Virus record (IMG/VR): IMGVR_UViG_3300010429_002786
Strand: one strand, 5' to 3'
Source of the DNA: a virus
Length of the DNA stretch: 64,000 bases
How positions within the stretch are numbered: the stretch's first letter is position 1; each line of letters begins with the position of its first letter. This document shows positions 35,836-45,182 of this stretch, piece by piece. The notes below the pieces were generated by a model. The model saw nothing but the letters and a program-made list of their open reading frames with translations, made no database searches and was not told the origin of the DNA. The position numbers and the translations under genes were made by a program.

Positions 35836-38227
35836 GGTCGATGACGGTCTTCGGGGGCGGGAGCGCGGCCGGAGGCGGCGCAGCAGGGATGCCCAGAGCC
35901 TGCGGCGGGAGCGCGGCGGGGATAGGCGGCGGCATCACCGGCGCCGGCGGAACGGGCACCGACGACCCATCGCGCCTCACGATCGAGACGAGAGGACCGT
36001 TCGGCGCGGCCGGCAGCTGCGCGGGCGGCAGCGGAGCCGCGGGGGCCACAGCGGCCTGCACGATGGCCTCGAACGCTGGCGAGGCCTGCGGCGGCTGCGG
36101 CATCGGGTCAGGCGCCGCGGGCGGGGGCGGTGCAGCTGGCGTGGGAGGCGGGACGGGCGCCGCAACGACCTGCGGGACGGGCTGCATGGGAGGCAGCGGC
36201 GTGCTCGCCATGGGCGGAGGCGCAGGAGGCGCTGCGGAGACGGTCTGCTGCAGGTTGTCGAGGGACCACCAGTCGTGGCAGAGGTCCTCGGCGAGAGCGC
36301 GCCAGGTGAGAGTGCCCTTGGCGTCCTCGGACACCCAGGAGAGCCCGCGGTCGCCCTTCTGCGGCAGGATGGTGAAGGAGATCTCCGGGGCGTTATCCTC
36401 GGGAGCGACGGCGAGCGCGATGTCAGGACGTCCCTTGGTATCCCCGTCCGTGCTGGCCGCGATGTTCGCGTCGAAGGTGGCGCGGAACGTCGTCGAGATG
36501 GCCTCGATCAGCTTCGCCTTGACGCTCTTCTCGGTGTGCCCCGAGACGAGGTAGCGCGAGGGCTGGAAGTGCTTGAGGTCGGCGATGTAGTCGACGAGGG
36601 CTCCCTGCACGAGCTTGCCGAGATCGCCCTTCTTCTGCTTGCGCGCGGCGGCGGCGACCTTCTTCTCCTCGCTCTTGGTCTGCAGCTGCACCTGCTCCTC
36701 GGGAGCAACCTGCGCGGCGAGGAGCGTCGTCTTGAAGCCCTTCTTCGGCTTCCAGAACATCTCCTCGTTCTCCACGCGCAGCTGGCGCTTCGGGTCGGCG
36801 ACGAACTTGTAGCTCTCGGCCTCGCCGAAGGCGCAGAGCTCGAAGAACGGGCAGGGGAACTTGGCTGCACACTGCATGCGGTTCATCGGCCACTTCGTGA
36901 TGTCCTCGAGGTAGCTCGCGTCGGTCAGCCGGCGCACGAGCTCGGTCGCGAGGGGCACGAGCTCGTCCTTGTAGAAGGTCGCGACCGACTGGCGATCGAT
37001 GCCGTCGACAACGCGGACGAAGGACTGCGGGCCGGGGGTTTTGTGCTTGGCGGCGATCGTCACGATGACGCCGCGGAGCGGGCCGAACTGCTCCTCCTCG
37101 CTCTCGATGTAGCAGACGGCGTTGGTCATCAGCTGCCCGTCGAGGGCGTAGCCCTTGACGAGGTCAGCCGTGAGCGCCGAGGTGGTCTTGTGGTCGGAGA
37201 TGTGCATGTTGCTGCAGGGCCCGAGGGGAGGCGCGCTCTCGTGCGGCTGCTTGAGGTGGACGAGGAGGTCGTGCCGGCAGGAGATAGGGACGGCGATGCT
37301 CTTGCCGTTGATCCGCTGCGCCGGGATCCAGCACACCGCGTTGGTCTCGACGCCGCGCGGGCACCAGGTCTGGCTCTCCTCGGTGACGAAGGTGGGGTTG
37401 GTGAGCTGGGCGTAGAGCAGCTGGTGCACCTCGCGCGCGAGCTCGGCGGCTCCGGCGAGGCGCACGGCTTCGCAAGGGGCGAAGGTCTTCTCCGGGTTGC
37501 CCCCGCTCAGGTAGTGCTGCTCGAGGCAGGCGTGGTAGAGCGTGCCGAAGGCGTAGTGGTAGCCGCGCACCTTCTGCCGCAGGCCCTGCACGATGGCGAG
37601 GAAGGCGCGGCGCCAGCACTTGCAGTTCTCGAGGGTGTGCCAGGAGATGCCGCCCTCGGACGGGCCGCCGGCGAGGCCGAGCGACTCGAGCGCCTTCTGG
37701 ACGATGTCGTTCGGGTCCGCGTCGGCGACGAGCCAGGGCGCGGAGATCATCGTCGAAGGCGCAGCTTCGCTGCTCGGAGCTTCGCTGCTCGGAGCGCCGC
37801 CCGCTGCGGGGAGCGTCTGGACGGGCGCGGCCTCGGCGAGGGCGACCTCAGCGGCTGCCGGCGAAAGGGCGGCGGGCTGCACAGCCTGGGGCGCCGGTGA
37901 GGCGAGCGAGATGAGCGCGGCCGCGGGAAGCGGCGCGGCGAGCCCCGGGGGCAGCGCGGCCTGCGGCTGTGGGGCCTGCAGCTGCGCCGCGGCAGCGGCG
38001 GAGGCCTCGCGCGCCTGCTCGGCCCAGATGGCGGGCAGGTCGAGCGCGCGCCACTGGCAGACCTGGCAGTTCTGGTTCATCTGGAGCATGGGGGTGCCGG
38101 CGGCGTGGGCGGGGCAGGGCGAGCCGAGGATGTGGGTCGTGCCGTCGGGGGAGAGCGTGTAGGGGGCCGAGAACTGGCAGAGCCCCTTCCAGGTGGGCTG
38201 AGGTGAGGGAGCTTGGGTCTGACTCAT
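35816..38227 (-). CDS. PD-(D/E)xK (RecB/Cas4-like) nuclease with long Pro/Ala-rich termini
   Basis: 'ISWH...C.RR', 'FGTLYH..LE', 'VE...RHDLL...DHKT', 'QL..NA' and C-terminal 'C....PCPFFELC'; AGGAGG RBS before ATG 38227. Confidence 0.85.
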   Translation of the reverse strand: MSQTQAPSPQPTWKGLCQFSAPYTLSPDGTTHILGSPCPAHAAGTPMLQMNQNCQVCQWRALDLPAIWAEQAREASAAAAAQLQAPQPQAALPPGLAAPLPAAALISLASPAPQAVQPAALSPAAAEVALAEAAPVQTLPAAGGAPSSEAPSSEAAPSTMISAPWLVADADPNDIVQKALESLGLAGGPSEGGISWHTLENCKCWRRAFLAIVQGLRQKVRGYHYAFGTLYHACLEQHYLSGGNPEKTFAPCEAVRLAGAAELAREVHQLLYAQLTNPTFVTEESQTWCPRGVETNAVCWIPAQRINGKSIAVPISCRHDLLVHLKQPHESAPPLGPCSNMHISDHKTTSALTADLVKGYALDGQLMTNAVCYIESEEEQFGPLRGVIVTIAAKHKTPGPQSFVRVVDGIDRQSVATFYKDELVPLATELVRRLTDASYLEDITKWPMNRMQCAAKFPCPFFELCAFGEAESYKFVADPKRQLRVENEEMFWKPKKGFKTTLLAAQVAPEEQVQLQTKSEEKKVAAAARKQKKGDLGKLVQGALVDYIADLKHFQPSRYLVSGHTEKSVKAKLIEAISTTFRATFDANIAASTDGDTKGRPDIALAVAPEDNAPEISFTILPQKGDRGLSWVSEDAKGTLTWRALAEDLCHDWWSLDNLQQTVSAAPPAPPPMASTPLPPMQPVPQVVAAPVPPPTPAAPPPPAAPDPMPQPPQASPAFEAIVQAAVAPAAPLPPAQLPAAPNGPLVSIVRRDGSSVPVPPAPVMPPPIPAALPPQALGIPAAPPPAALPPPKTVIDRTQLKP

Positions 38228-38290
38228 GGGATCCTCCTGATGGATGGAGGCCAGTTTGTGGACCCAAGATCTGCCCGTCAACTAGTCGGA

Positions 38291-39034
38291 TCACCTCCGG
38301 ACACAAAATCCCAAAGTAGCTAGAACTACAATAAGAAGGTAGAACCACAAATTGTCTAAACCCCTGCTTGTTCGTAGCGCCCGTCGGCCCAGATCTGAGG
38401 ATATTCCCACCAGTGACTCCGGCTCGCGGATCGAAGTGATCCCGAGCTCGCGTGCTCGCGCCTCTTTCTTCTTGTTGGTCTTCGGCCGGCGCTCGAACAG
38501 TGTGGAAATATCCTCTACCGAGTAGCTATCTGGGGCTGGTGAGGCGACGTTGTATCCGGCCCCGAGGAGGACGCTGCGGATCTCTTTGGCGTAGGTGCCT
38601 GGAAGCACGTGGATCGAGAAGTGTGGCTTGCCTTGAGCGAGTCGGGTGCCTCGTCCTACTTTCTGGATGACGCCGATCGGCGCCTTGCTCCACGACTCGA
38701 GCACCACCCACCGAAGGTTTGGGATATTGATGCCATCGCGCCAGGCGTCGGTCGCCACAGCGATCTGCACCTCTCCGGTGCGCATCCTCTCGGCGATCGC
38801 TGAACGCTCCTTCTCCGGACGGTCCCCAGTCACCCACTCCACATGGCCCGCGCCGGGCCGCGCCGCCAGGAACTGGGCGAGAGCCTCCGCATCCTTGCGC
38901 AACCTAACGAAAATCAGCCCGCAGCCGGGCGCCGAGTGGGAGCCATACACCGAAATATCGGTACATTTCGTGACAACTGTAAGAACCTCGTTGTAATCCA
39001 GCACCTTGCGAGCCTCCGTTTTGCGTCGCAACAC
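38291..39034 (-). CDS. SF2 helicase C-terminal (RecA2) domain as a separate ORF
   Basis: 'LIFV....AE.L', 'VTGD....ER', 'VATD...DGINIP.L..V' and 'IQKVGRGTR'; hydrophobic C-terminus; start uncertain. Confidence 0.75.
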   Translation of the reverse strand: MLRRKTEARKVLDYNEVLTVVTKCTDISVYGSHSAPGCGLIFVRLRKDAEALAQFLAARPGAGHVEWVTGDRPEKERSAIAERMRTGEVQIAVATDAWRDGINIPNLRWVVLESWSKAPIGVIQKVGRGTRLAQGKPHFSIHVLPGTYAKEIRSVLLGAGYNVASPAPDSYSVEDISTLFERRPKTNKKKEARARELGITSIREPESLVGISSDLGRRALRTSRGLDNLWFYLLIVVLATLGFCVRR

Positions 39035-39240
39035 GAAAATCGCATAGGCTAGTATATATTATAAGAACGACCTTAACTGCATGATTTTGTTACGACGCAG
39101 TGCTCCGAAAACCTTACACTTGTCGGAAAGTGCCCTTTCTTCCCGCGCGGGAGTTGTCAAATATAAATACTAAGCCGATCGCTCTTCTTCCCTCCTCTCC
39201 CCTCCTCATATACTATATACTATTTTCCCACACCTGTCTA

Positions 39241-40080
39241 CTAGTTCAGGACTCCGGGAGTCAGATGCCCGGCTTCGACGAGCTGCTCGAGCGTGACCGA
39301 GTAGACGACCGGCCCGGTCAGCCCGACGACGAGGGCGTTGTAGACGTCCTGCCGGTCGAGCGGCGTGGCTGACAGACCGATGCGGAAGGGCGCCGCGACT
39401 GCCCCAAGCGAGGTGGCATGGGTCGGCGCTGCCGCCCGATGGCACTCGTCGACGATGAGCATGTCGACGGCGTCTTCCGCCTCGAGCGACCCGTAGGTGT
39501 GGACCGAGTAGGTGAACTGCACCTCCTTGGCCGGCAGCTTGACCAGCATCTCTGGCAGGAGCGCGTCGAGCTCGGCGCGCACCTGGCGCGCGAGCTGCGG
39601 CGACGGTACCACCACGGCAGCGCGGCCGATGTCGAGCTGGATGGCCGCGCAGGCGAGGCACGCAGCGATCACCCGGGTCTTGCCCGCGCCGGTCGGCAGC
39701 TCGACGATGGAGCGCCCAAGCGGCGCGCTCAGCATCGCGGCGACAGCCTGGGCTTGGTACTCCCGCAGCAGCCCTGCGTCCTCGAGGGGAACCGGCAGCT
39801 GGCTGGCAGCGGCCTCGGTGACGAGCCGCAGCCGATCGGCGTCGCGCTTCCAGTCGATGCCCGGTGGCGCGCGCACCTGCATAGCGGCGAGGAGCGCTCC
39901 GCTCAGGACGCCGAGCTCCCGAGGCGCCTTCTGCAGCCACACGCGGCCGCCTTCCCCTCCAGAGCCCCGGGCGAGTTGACCAGCCCACTCGTCCAAGATA
40001 ACCTGCAGGTAGGAGATCTCTTCGGGAGATCCACGTACAACCGCCCAGAGCTTGCGGGCATCAAGTTCAAGAGACAGCAT
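39241..40080 (-). CDS. SF2 (ResIII/DEAH-like) helicase N-terminal ATP-binding domain
   Basis: 'LREYQ..AV', 'LPTGAGKT', 'VDECH' and 'GLSATP.R.D'; stops before the RecA2 domain; AGGAGG RBS. Confidence 0.85.
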   Translation of the reverse strand: MLSLELDARKLWAVVRGSPEEISYLQVILDEWAGQLARGSGGEGGRVWLQKAPRELGVLSGALLAAMQVRAPPGIDWKRDADRLRLVTEAAASQLPVPLEDAGLLREYQAQAVAAMLSAPLGRSIVELPTGAGKTRVIAACLACAAIQLDIGRAAVVVPSPQLARQVRAELDALLPEMLVKLPAKEVQFTYSVHTYGSLEAEDAVDMLIVDECHRAAAPTHATSLGAVAAPFRIGLSATPLDRQDVYNALVVGLTGPVVYSVTLEQLVEAGHLTPGVLN

Positions 40081-41236
40081 GAGCAATTTTCCTCCTTCCC
40101 CTCCGCCTCGACGCCTGGGCCCACTCGTCGACCTCGTCGACGATCTGATCCCCGAGCCGAGTGAGCCAAAGCCGAAGGGGCAAACCAATCGAGGCCGCAT
40201 CGCGACCCAAGCTCAAGAGCCTATCACCCAGACGAACCCCGTTCGTGAGGGAGCTATCAACGAGAACTTCCTCGCCGAGCAGCTGGCGGCTGGCGCCACG
40301 CCGACGAACCTGCTGCCCCACGCCGAGCGCTGCGCCCGGCGCAAGCGCCGGCCCAAGGTGCTCGACACCCGCGCCGCCGGGCCCTACAAGCCGAACACGC
40401 CCCACACGGCGGAGGGCAAGCGCATCGACTCGGAGCTGGGCGCTGAGCAGTGGCTAGCCGTCTACGACGCCTTCGCCCAGACGGGCGTGCCGGCTACCAT
40501 CGCCGAGATGACCGAGCTGCCACTCGAGAGCGTCGAGCACATCCTCAACCGCGGCGTCTTGCGGCTGGAGCTACCGGCTATCCGAGAGCACGCCCGCGCG
40601 CTCGCCACCGTCTCGCAAGCCATCACCGCCTCGGAGGGCATCAAGGACCCTACGCCACTCGCCGAGCAGGCGCTCGAGATGCCTGCCGTGCAGCGCGCCG
40701 TCACCTCGCGCGCCGTGCAAGAGAGCGCGGCCGCGCAGCAGTGCCTGGACGCGGCGGTCAAAGCGAACCAGGTCTTCCACGTCTTCGTCGAGAAGGTGCT
40801 TGAGAAGGCGAACGCCGGTCTGGTCGACCTGCCTGACACGCTGAAGATGTCGACCTTGATCCAGCTGCAGCAGGCGCTGGTCGCCAACACCCAGGCGATC
40901 GAGCGGGCGGTCAAGACGAGCCGGCTCGTGCGCGGAGAGACGACCGACCACCTCTCGGTGCAGGTGGCGGTGCTCCTGCAGGGTTGCTCCCTCGAGGAGC
41001 TGGAAGAGGCCGAGCGCACCGGCGCCATCCCCTCGCGGGTCCTCGGCCGCTACCAACAGCAGCAAGGCGAGCGCATCATCGACCTTCCGCCCTCCGACGA
41101 GGGCCCGGACCGGCTCCCCGAAGAGGTGCGGCCGCGGCTGCTCACGGCGCCTGCGGCCCCGGCGCGAGATGACGACACCGAGGGTGGCGGCCCCGCGGCT
41201 CCGCCAGCCTCGCCAGCCCCCGCGAGCGAGCCATGA
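40079..41236 (+). CDS. Putative terminase small subunit
   Basis: HTH-like segment plus helical region, ATGA-coupled to TerL. The assignment is by position. Confidence 0.5.
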   Translation: MSNFPPSPPPRRLGPLVDLVDDLIPEPSEPKPKGQTNRGRIATQAQEPITQTNPVREGAINENFLAEQLAAGATPTNLLPHAERCARRKRRPKVLDTRAAGPYKPNTPHTAEGKRIDSELGAEQWLAVYDAFAQTGVPATIAEMTELPLESVEHILNRGVLRLELPAIREHARALATVSQAITASEGIKDPTPLAEQALEMPAVQRAVTSRAVQESAAAQQCLDAAVKANQVFHVFVEKVLEKANAGLVDLPDTLKMSTLIQLQQALVANTQAIERAVKTSRLVRGETTDHLSVQVAVLLQGCSLEELEEAERTGAIPSRVLGRYQQQQGERIIDLPPSDEGPDRLPEEVRPRLLTAPAAPARDDDTEGGGPAAPPASPAPASEP

Positions 41237-44200
41237 GCGAAGACACCAACCGCCTCGACGCGGCTCCGCCCCAGACGATCGACCTCGCGGACGAGCGCGC
41301 GCGGCGCCAGGCGCTGACCGTCAAGACGAGCGCGCGGCTGATGCGACGCATCCGGGAGGCGCAGGACAGCCCGCTCAGCTTCCTCGAGCTCATCGCGACG
41401 GACGACGAGGGCAACCCTCCGCTCATCGAGCACTTCCATCGGGAGTGGGAGTACGACGCCTTCACCTACCGATGCGTGCTCGAGGAGGCGGCTAGAGGTC
41501 TGACCAAATGCCGAGCGTCTGGACAGAAGCTGACGCTGGCCAGCGGAGCGAGGAGACCGATTGAGCAGTTCGCCGACAAAGGGCCAGTGCGCGTTCTAGC
41601 CTTCGACGAGAAGCGCCGATCGCTGTGCTACACCATGGCGGCGGTAACCAACAACGGCGTGGCTCCGGTCGTCGACCTGAAGCTGGACAGTGGCAGAAAC
41701 GTCCGGCTCACCGAGGAGGAACCCCTCTGGACGCCCACCGGGTGGCGTGTTGCTAGCAGCCTGCGAGTGGGCGACTACGTAGCCGGCGTTCGCACCGACC
41801 CCGGGCCGGAGCACCCGGAGCCCATGCCGACGGGGCACGCATACTTGATAGGAGCGCTGATAGGAGACGGCAGCTGCACTCGGCAGCGTTTCACCTGCGC
41901 GGACCCAGCAGCCATGGAGCGCTTTCGTGCTCTAGCAGCAGCGGAGGGCGTGCTCGTCGAGGCCGTGCCGAACTGCAAGAACGGTATCGACTACGACCTC
42001 AAGGGACCTGCAGTCAAAGCCTTTCTGAGACGGTACGGGCTCTTTGGCAAGACCTCCCGGCACAAGAGAATCCCCGACGATGTCTTTCGCGGCTCCATCG
42101 ATGACGTAGTAGCGTGTCTGGCTGGCTATTGGGATGCTGATGGGTCGGCCTCCCACAGCCCGGATCGATTGGTGTCCTTTGCCAGCACTGCAAGGCCTCT
42201 CCTCGAGCAGGTGCAATCGCTGCTCTTACGCATCGGGTGCGTAGGCTCCATCAGGACAGTGAGTGGCGTCTATAAGAACGAGCCACACACTTCGTACCTG
42301 CTTTTTGTTTCCGGGCGGTCGGCGGAGATCTTCTTCGAGCGCGTGCCGTGTTGCTCCACGAAGGCGCAGCGCGGCAGACTGCGCATGCTGGATTCGGCCG
42401 GGCGCCGGTATAATTCCAAATGCTCCGACGTCCCGTGGGCTGCCGTGCGAGAGACCCTTCGTGGCATCGGCGATAGCTTCCTGAAGAAGCACACCAAGGT
42501 GCGATTGGCTTCCGGCCCGCGAGCTCACAGCGTCAACGGAGCTCATGTTCGGGCTTTGGCGGAAGCGCTCATAGCTCTCTCGGCCGACCCTGGCTGGCGC
42601 ACAAAGAACATCAGATCGAAAGCAAGCGAGCTGACGAGTGCGGACCTGCTGCACAAGGGCGTGCAGCTACTTGCTTTACTCAACCCCGAGATTTGGTGGG
42701 ATCGGATTGTCGCCGCCAAACGTTGCGGCCCCGAGCAGACGTGGGCGCTCACGTCCGGCACGGAGACCTTCGTTTGCGAGGACGGGGTGGCACACAACAC
42801 GTCCACCTTCATCGTTTTCCTGCTCTGGGCACTTGGCAAGAACACGAACCTGCGCACCAAGATCCTTGCCGACAACGACCTCAACGCGAGCAAGCGCCTC
42901 GGGGTCATCCGCGACTACATCAAGAAGATCGAGCTGGTGCGGCTGGTCTTCCCTAACCTGGCGATCGACGAGGACAAGCCGAACAACCAGTCGCTCTTGC
43001 ACCTGAAGAGGACGCAGATCTCTGCGGAGCCTTCGGTCGAGGCGCGAGGCGTCCTCTCCTCGGGCACCGGCTCTTCAACGGACCTCTTCTTCCTCGACGA
43101 CATCGTCAGCTACCGCAACTGCCTGGGGCAGCCGGCGCTGCGCGAGGAGGTCAAGCAGAAGCTCCTCAACGACTGGTTCCCGACGATGCGCGGGCCGCGC
43201 TCGCGGCTATGGGCCGTCTTCACGCCCTGGCACGTCGACGACGCAAACAGCTACCTCAAGACCACGACGGCCGGCAAGTGGCAGTACCGCTGCAGGGCGC
43301 ACGGAACTGACGAGCAGCCGACGCGCTCGCTCTTCCCCCGCAAGTACCCGGACAGCTACCTGGCGGAGCAGCTGCGCGTCAACGGCGCGCTCAACTACGA
43401 GCGTGCGTACCGTTGCCGGGCGCTCTCCTCGGACACCAAGCTCATCCTTCCGGAGCACCTGGCGGCCTACGACTCCTCCATCTTGACGCAGACCATCCTC
43501 GCCGGCGCGACGGCGATCATCGCGGTCGACCCTGCCAAGGGCACAGCCAAGTCGAAGGACCCGGACTCGACGGCTGTCGCGGTGCTTCTTTTCTACCAGT
43601 CGCAGATTCAGGTGGCGCCGGCCACGCTCCTCGATGGCAACACGAGTCAGGACGCCCCTCCGTCCATCGCGCCCTTCAACGTCTTCATCCCGGAGGTCTT
43701 CGAGTTCAAGGCGGGCACGCGCCTTCAGGCGGCGATCATCCGGGGCCTCGCGCGGCTGTGGGGCGCGCAGCACATCGTCGTCGAGGCGCAGGGGCTCTCA
43801 TCGCTGCACGAGTGGATTCTCGAGGTACCTCCAGAAGAGCAGCCAGCGAACGCTCTCATCTGGCCCATTCCAGCGACGCAGGCGAAGGAGCTCCGCGTGG
43901 CGGCGGTGACGCCGCTCCTCGACAGGCCTCCGGGGCATCCTCCCATCGTCTACTTCCACCCGAGGCTGACCAAGGCCGACGACCCGTCGACCATCTATCT
44001 GCAGGAGGCCCTCCCGCGGCTGCTGCCGCTGCTGCCTCAGCTCGCGGACTCGCCTCCGATCGAGATGCGCCGCACCTTCTACCACCAGGCGGTGAACTTC
44101 CCGGTGACCGCGCACGACGACACGCTCGATGCCGTCGTGCACGGGCTCACCTGGGGCACGCAGAACTTGGTCAACTACTACCAGGGCGCTGCCTCCCGCA

Positions 44201-44331
44201 GCGCCTTCGAGGCCATCTCGCTCTCGCTCGCCCCCCGGGGGGGCGAGCGGGAGCAGCGGCAGCGGCAGGATTCGGTCAGTGCTCGCGGGCGCTCGGGACG
44301 CTCGTGGCTATCGGGCTGGGGTCGCGAATGA
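41233..44331 (+). CDS. terL: Terminase large subunit with intein
   Basis: Split Walker A 'ARGLTK|TS', Walker B 'FFLDDIV', 'TPWH..D', nuclease 'AVDPA...D.TA' and C-terminal 'HDDTLDA'. Confidence 0.9.
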   Translation: MSEDTNRLDAAPPQTIDLADERARRQALTVKTSARLMRRIREAQDSPLSFLELIATDDEGNPPLIEHFHREWEYDAFTYRCVLEEAARGLTKCRASGQKLTLASGARRPIEQFADKGPVRVLAFDEKRRSLCYTMAAVTNNGVAPVVDLKLDSGRNVRLTEEEPLWTPTGWRVASSLRVGDYVAGVRTDPGPEHPEPMPTGHAYLIGALIGDGSCTRQRFTCADPAAMERFRALAAAEGVLVEAVPNCKNGIDYDLKGPAVKAFLRRYGLFGKTSRHKRIPDDVFRGSIDDVVACLAGYWDADGSASHSPDRLVSFASTARPLLEQVQSLLLRIGCVGSIRTVSGVYKNEPHTSYLLFVSGRSAEIFFERVPCCSTKAQRGRLRMLDSAGRRYNSKCSDVPWAAVRETLRGIGDSFLKKHTKVRLASGPRAHSVNGAHVRALAEALIALSADPGWRTKNIRSKASELTSADLLHKGVQLLALLNPEIWWDRIVAAKRCGPEQTWALTSGTETFVCEDGVAHNTSTFIVFLLWALGKNTNLRTKILADNDLNASKRLGVIRDYIKKIELVRLVFPNLAIDEDKPNNQSLLHLKRTQISAEPSVEARGVLSSGTGSSTDLFFLDDIVSYRNCLGQPALREEVKQKLLNDWFPTMRGPRSRLWAVFTPWHVDDANSYLKTTTAGKWQYRCRAHGTDEQPTRSLFPRKYPDSYLAEQLRVNGALNYERAYRCRALSSDTKLILPEHLAAYDSSILTQTILAGATAIIAVDPAKGTAKSKDPDSTAVAVLLFYQSQIQVAPATLLDGNTSQDAPPSIAPFNVFIPEVFEFKAGTRLQAAIIRGLARLWGAQHIVVEAQGLSSLHEWILEVPPEEQPANALIWPIPATQAKELRVAAVTPLLDRPPGHPPIVYFHPRLTKADDPSTIYLQEALPRLLPLLPQLADSPPIEMRRTFYHQAVNFPVTAHDDTLDAVVHGLTWGTQNLVNYYQGAASRSAFEAISLSLAPRGGEREQRQRQDSVSARGRSGRSWLSGWGRE
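41509..42798 (+). mobile_element. Intein (430 aa) with LAGLIDADG endonuclease in TerL Walker A
   Basis: K|CRASGQKL ... 'LIGALIGDGS' ... 'LAGYWDADGS' ... 'WWDRIV...EDGVAHN|T'. Confidence 0.9.
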
Positions 44332-44548
44332 CGAGGACCCGCAGCGTGCCGCCGCGCTCGAGCCACCGCTTCATCTTGGGGACGATGCGGGCTCGGGCCA
44401 TGCAGAGGATGCCGGGGTAGCGACCGATCTCTGCGTCGGTCAGCCCGCACCGCGAGCACACGTGCTCGCCCTCCGCCAGCTGGTGTCCCTCGACGAACCG
44501 GCACCCGGGCACCGAAGGCCAGACGTGCCTCAGCATCGGGTCGATCAT
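44276..44548 (-). CDS. Small Cys/His hypothetical protein
   Basis: 'H...H.CSRCG...C' with AAGGAG RBS. Confidence 0.45.
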   Translation of the reverse strand: MIDPMLRHVWPSVPGCRFVEGHQLAEGEHVCSRCGLTDAEIGRYPGILCMARARIVPKMKRWLERGGTLRVLVIRDPSPIATSVPSAREH

Positions 44549-44874
44549 CACAGTCTCCTTGCGGCTTGGCGCAGGCGGCCCTTGTCGCGCTCCTCCTGCG
44601 CAATCTGAGCATCCATCAGCTGCCGGTCGCACTCCTGCGCGATCGCCGACTCGATCAGCGCCTGCAGCACCTCGGGCGGCAGCGCGTCCACCTCCCACGA
44701 GGACTGTCCTTGGGTGCACGGGATGACGTTCGCGGACACCAGCTGGTAGTAGAGCTGCCTCAGCGTCAGCCGCAAGCCGCCCTTCTGGTACCTATCGACG
44801 ATGCTGTTGACCTGCGTCAGGCGCAAGAGCGCCTCCTCGCCGAACCGATGGGCTCGATAGAACTCCTTGGCCAT
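44548..44874 (-). CDS. Internally deleted Spo11/TopoVI-A-like (wHTH-TOPRIM) phage protein
   Basis: N-terminal 'LTLRQLYYQLVS.N.IP' is joined directly to C-terminal 'SWEVDALPP..L..LIE.AI'; the TOPRIM core is missing. Confidence 0.55.
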   Translation of the reverse strand: MAKEFYRAHRFGEEALLRLTQVNSIVDRYQKGGLRLTLRQLYYQLVSANVIPCTQGQSSWEVDALPPEVLQALIESAIAQECDRQLMDAQIAQEERDKGRLRQAARRL

Positions 44875-44876
44875 GG

Positions 44877-45182
44877 CTACCTCTCTGTGTCTGGCTCCTC
44901 CACGATGTCGACGGTGAACCAATCGATCTCTCCTGCCGTGCCTCGCCCCGATCCAGCCCTGCGGAAGTCGCGCGCGGCTTGCCACCGCATCCGACCGATC
45001 CACCGCGCGTCGCGCGCCTCCCCCGCCGCACCCACGACCACCCAGCCGTCCGGCGGGCGCAGCCTGTCGATGCGCAGCACCGCACCCACGACCGCGAACT
45101 CCTCCGGTATCCAGGCGACCTCCTCGGCCGTTCTCTCCTCGTCGAGCCGGCACTGCAGCCGGCACTGCTTGTAGAGCGTCAC
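44877..45182 (-). CDS. Hypothetical protein
   Basis: 101 aa, overlap-coupled. Confidence 0.55.
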   Translation of the reverse strand: MTLYKQCRLQCRLDEERTAEEVAWIPEEFAVVGAVLRIDRLRPPDGWVVVGAAGEARDARWIGRMRWQAARDFRRAGSGRGTAGEIDWFTVDIVEEPDTER

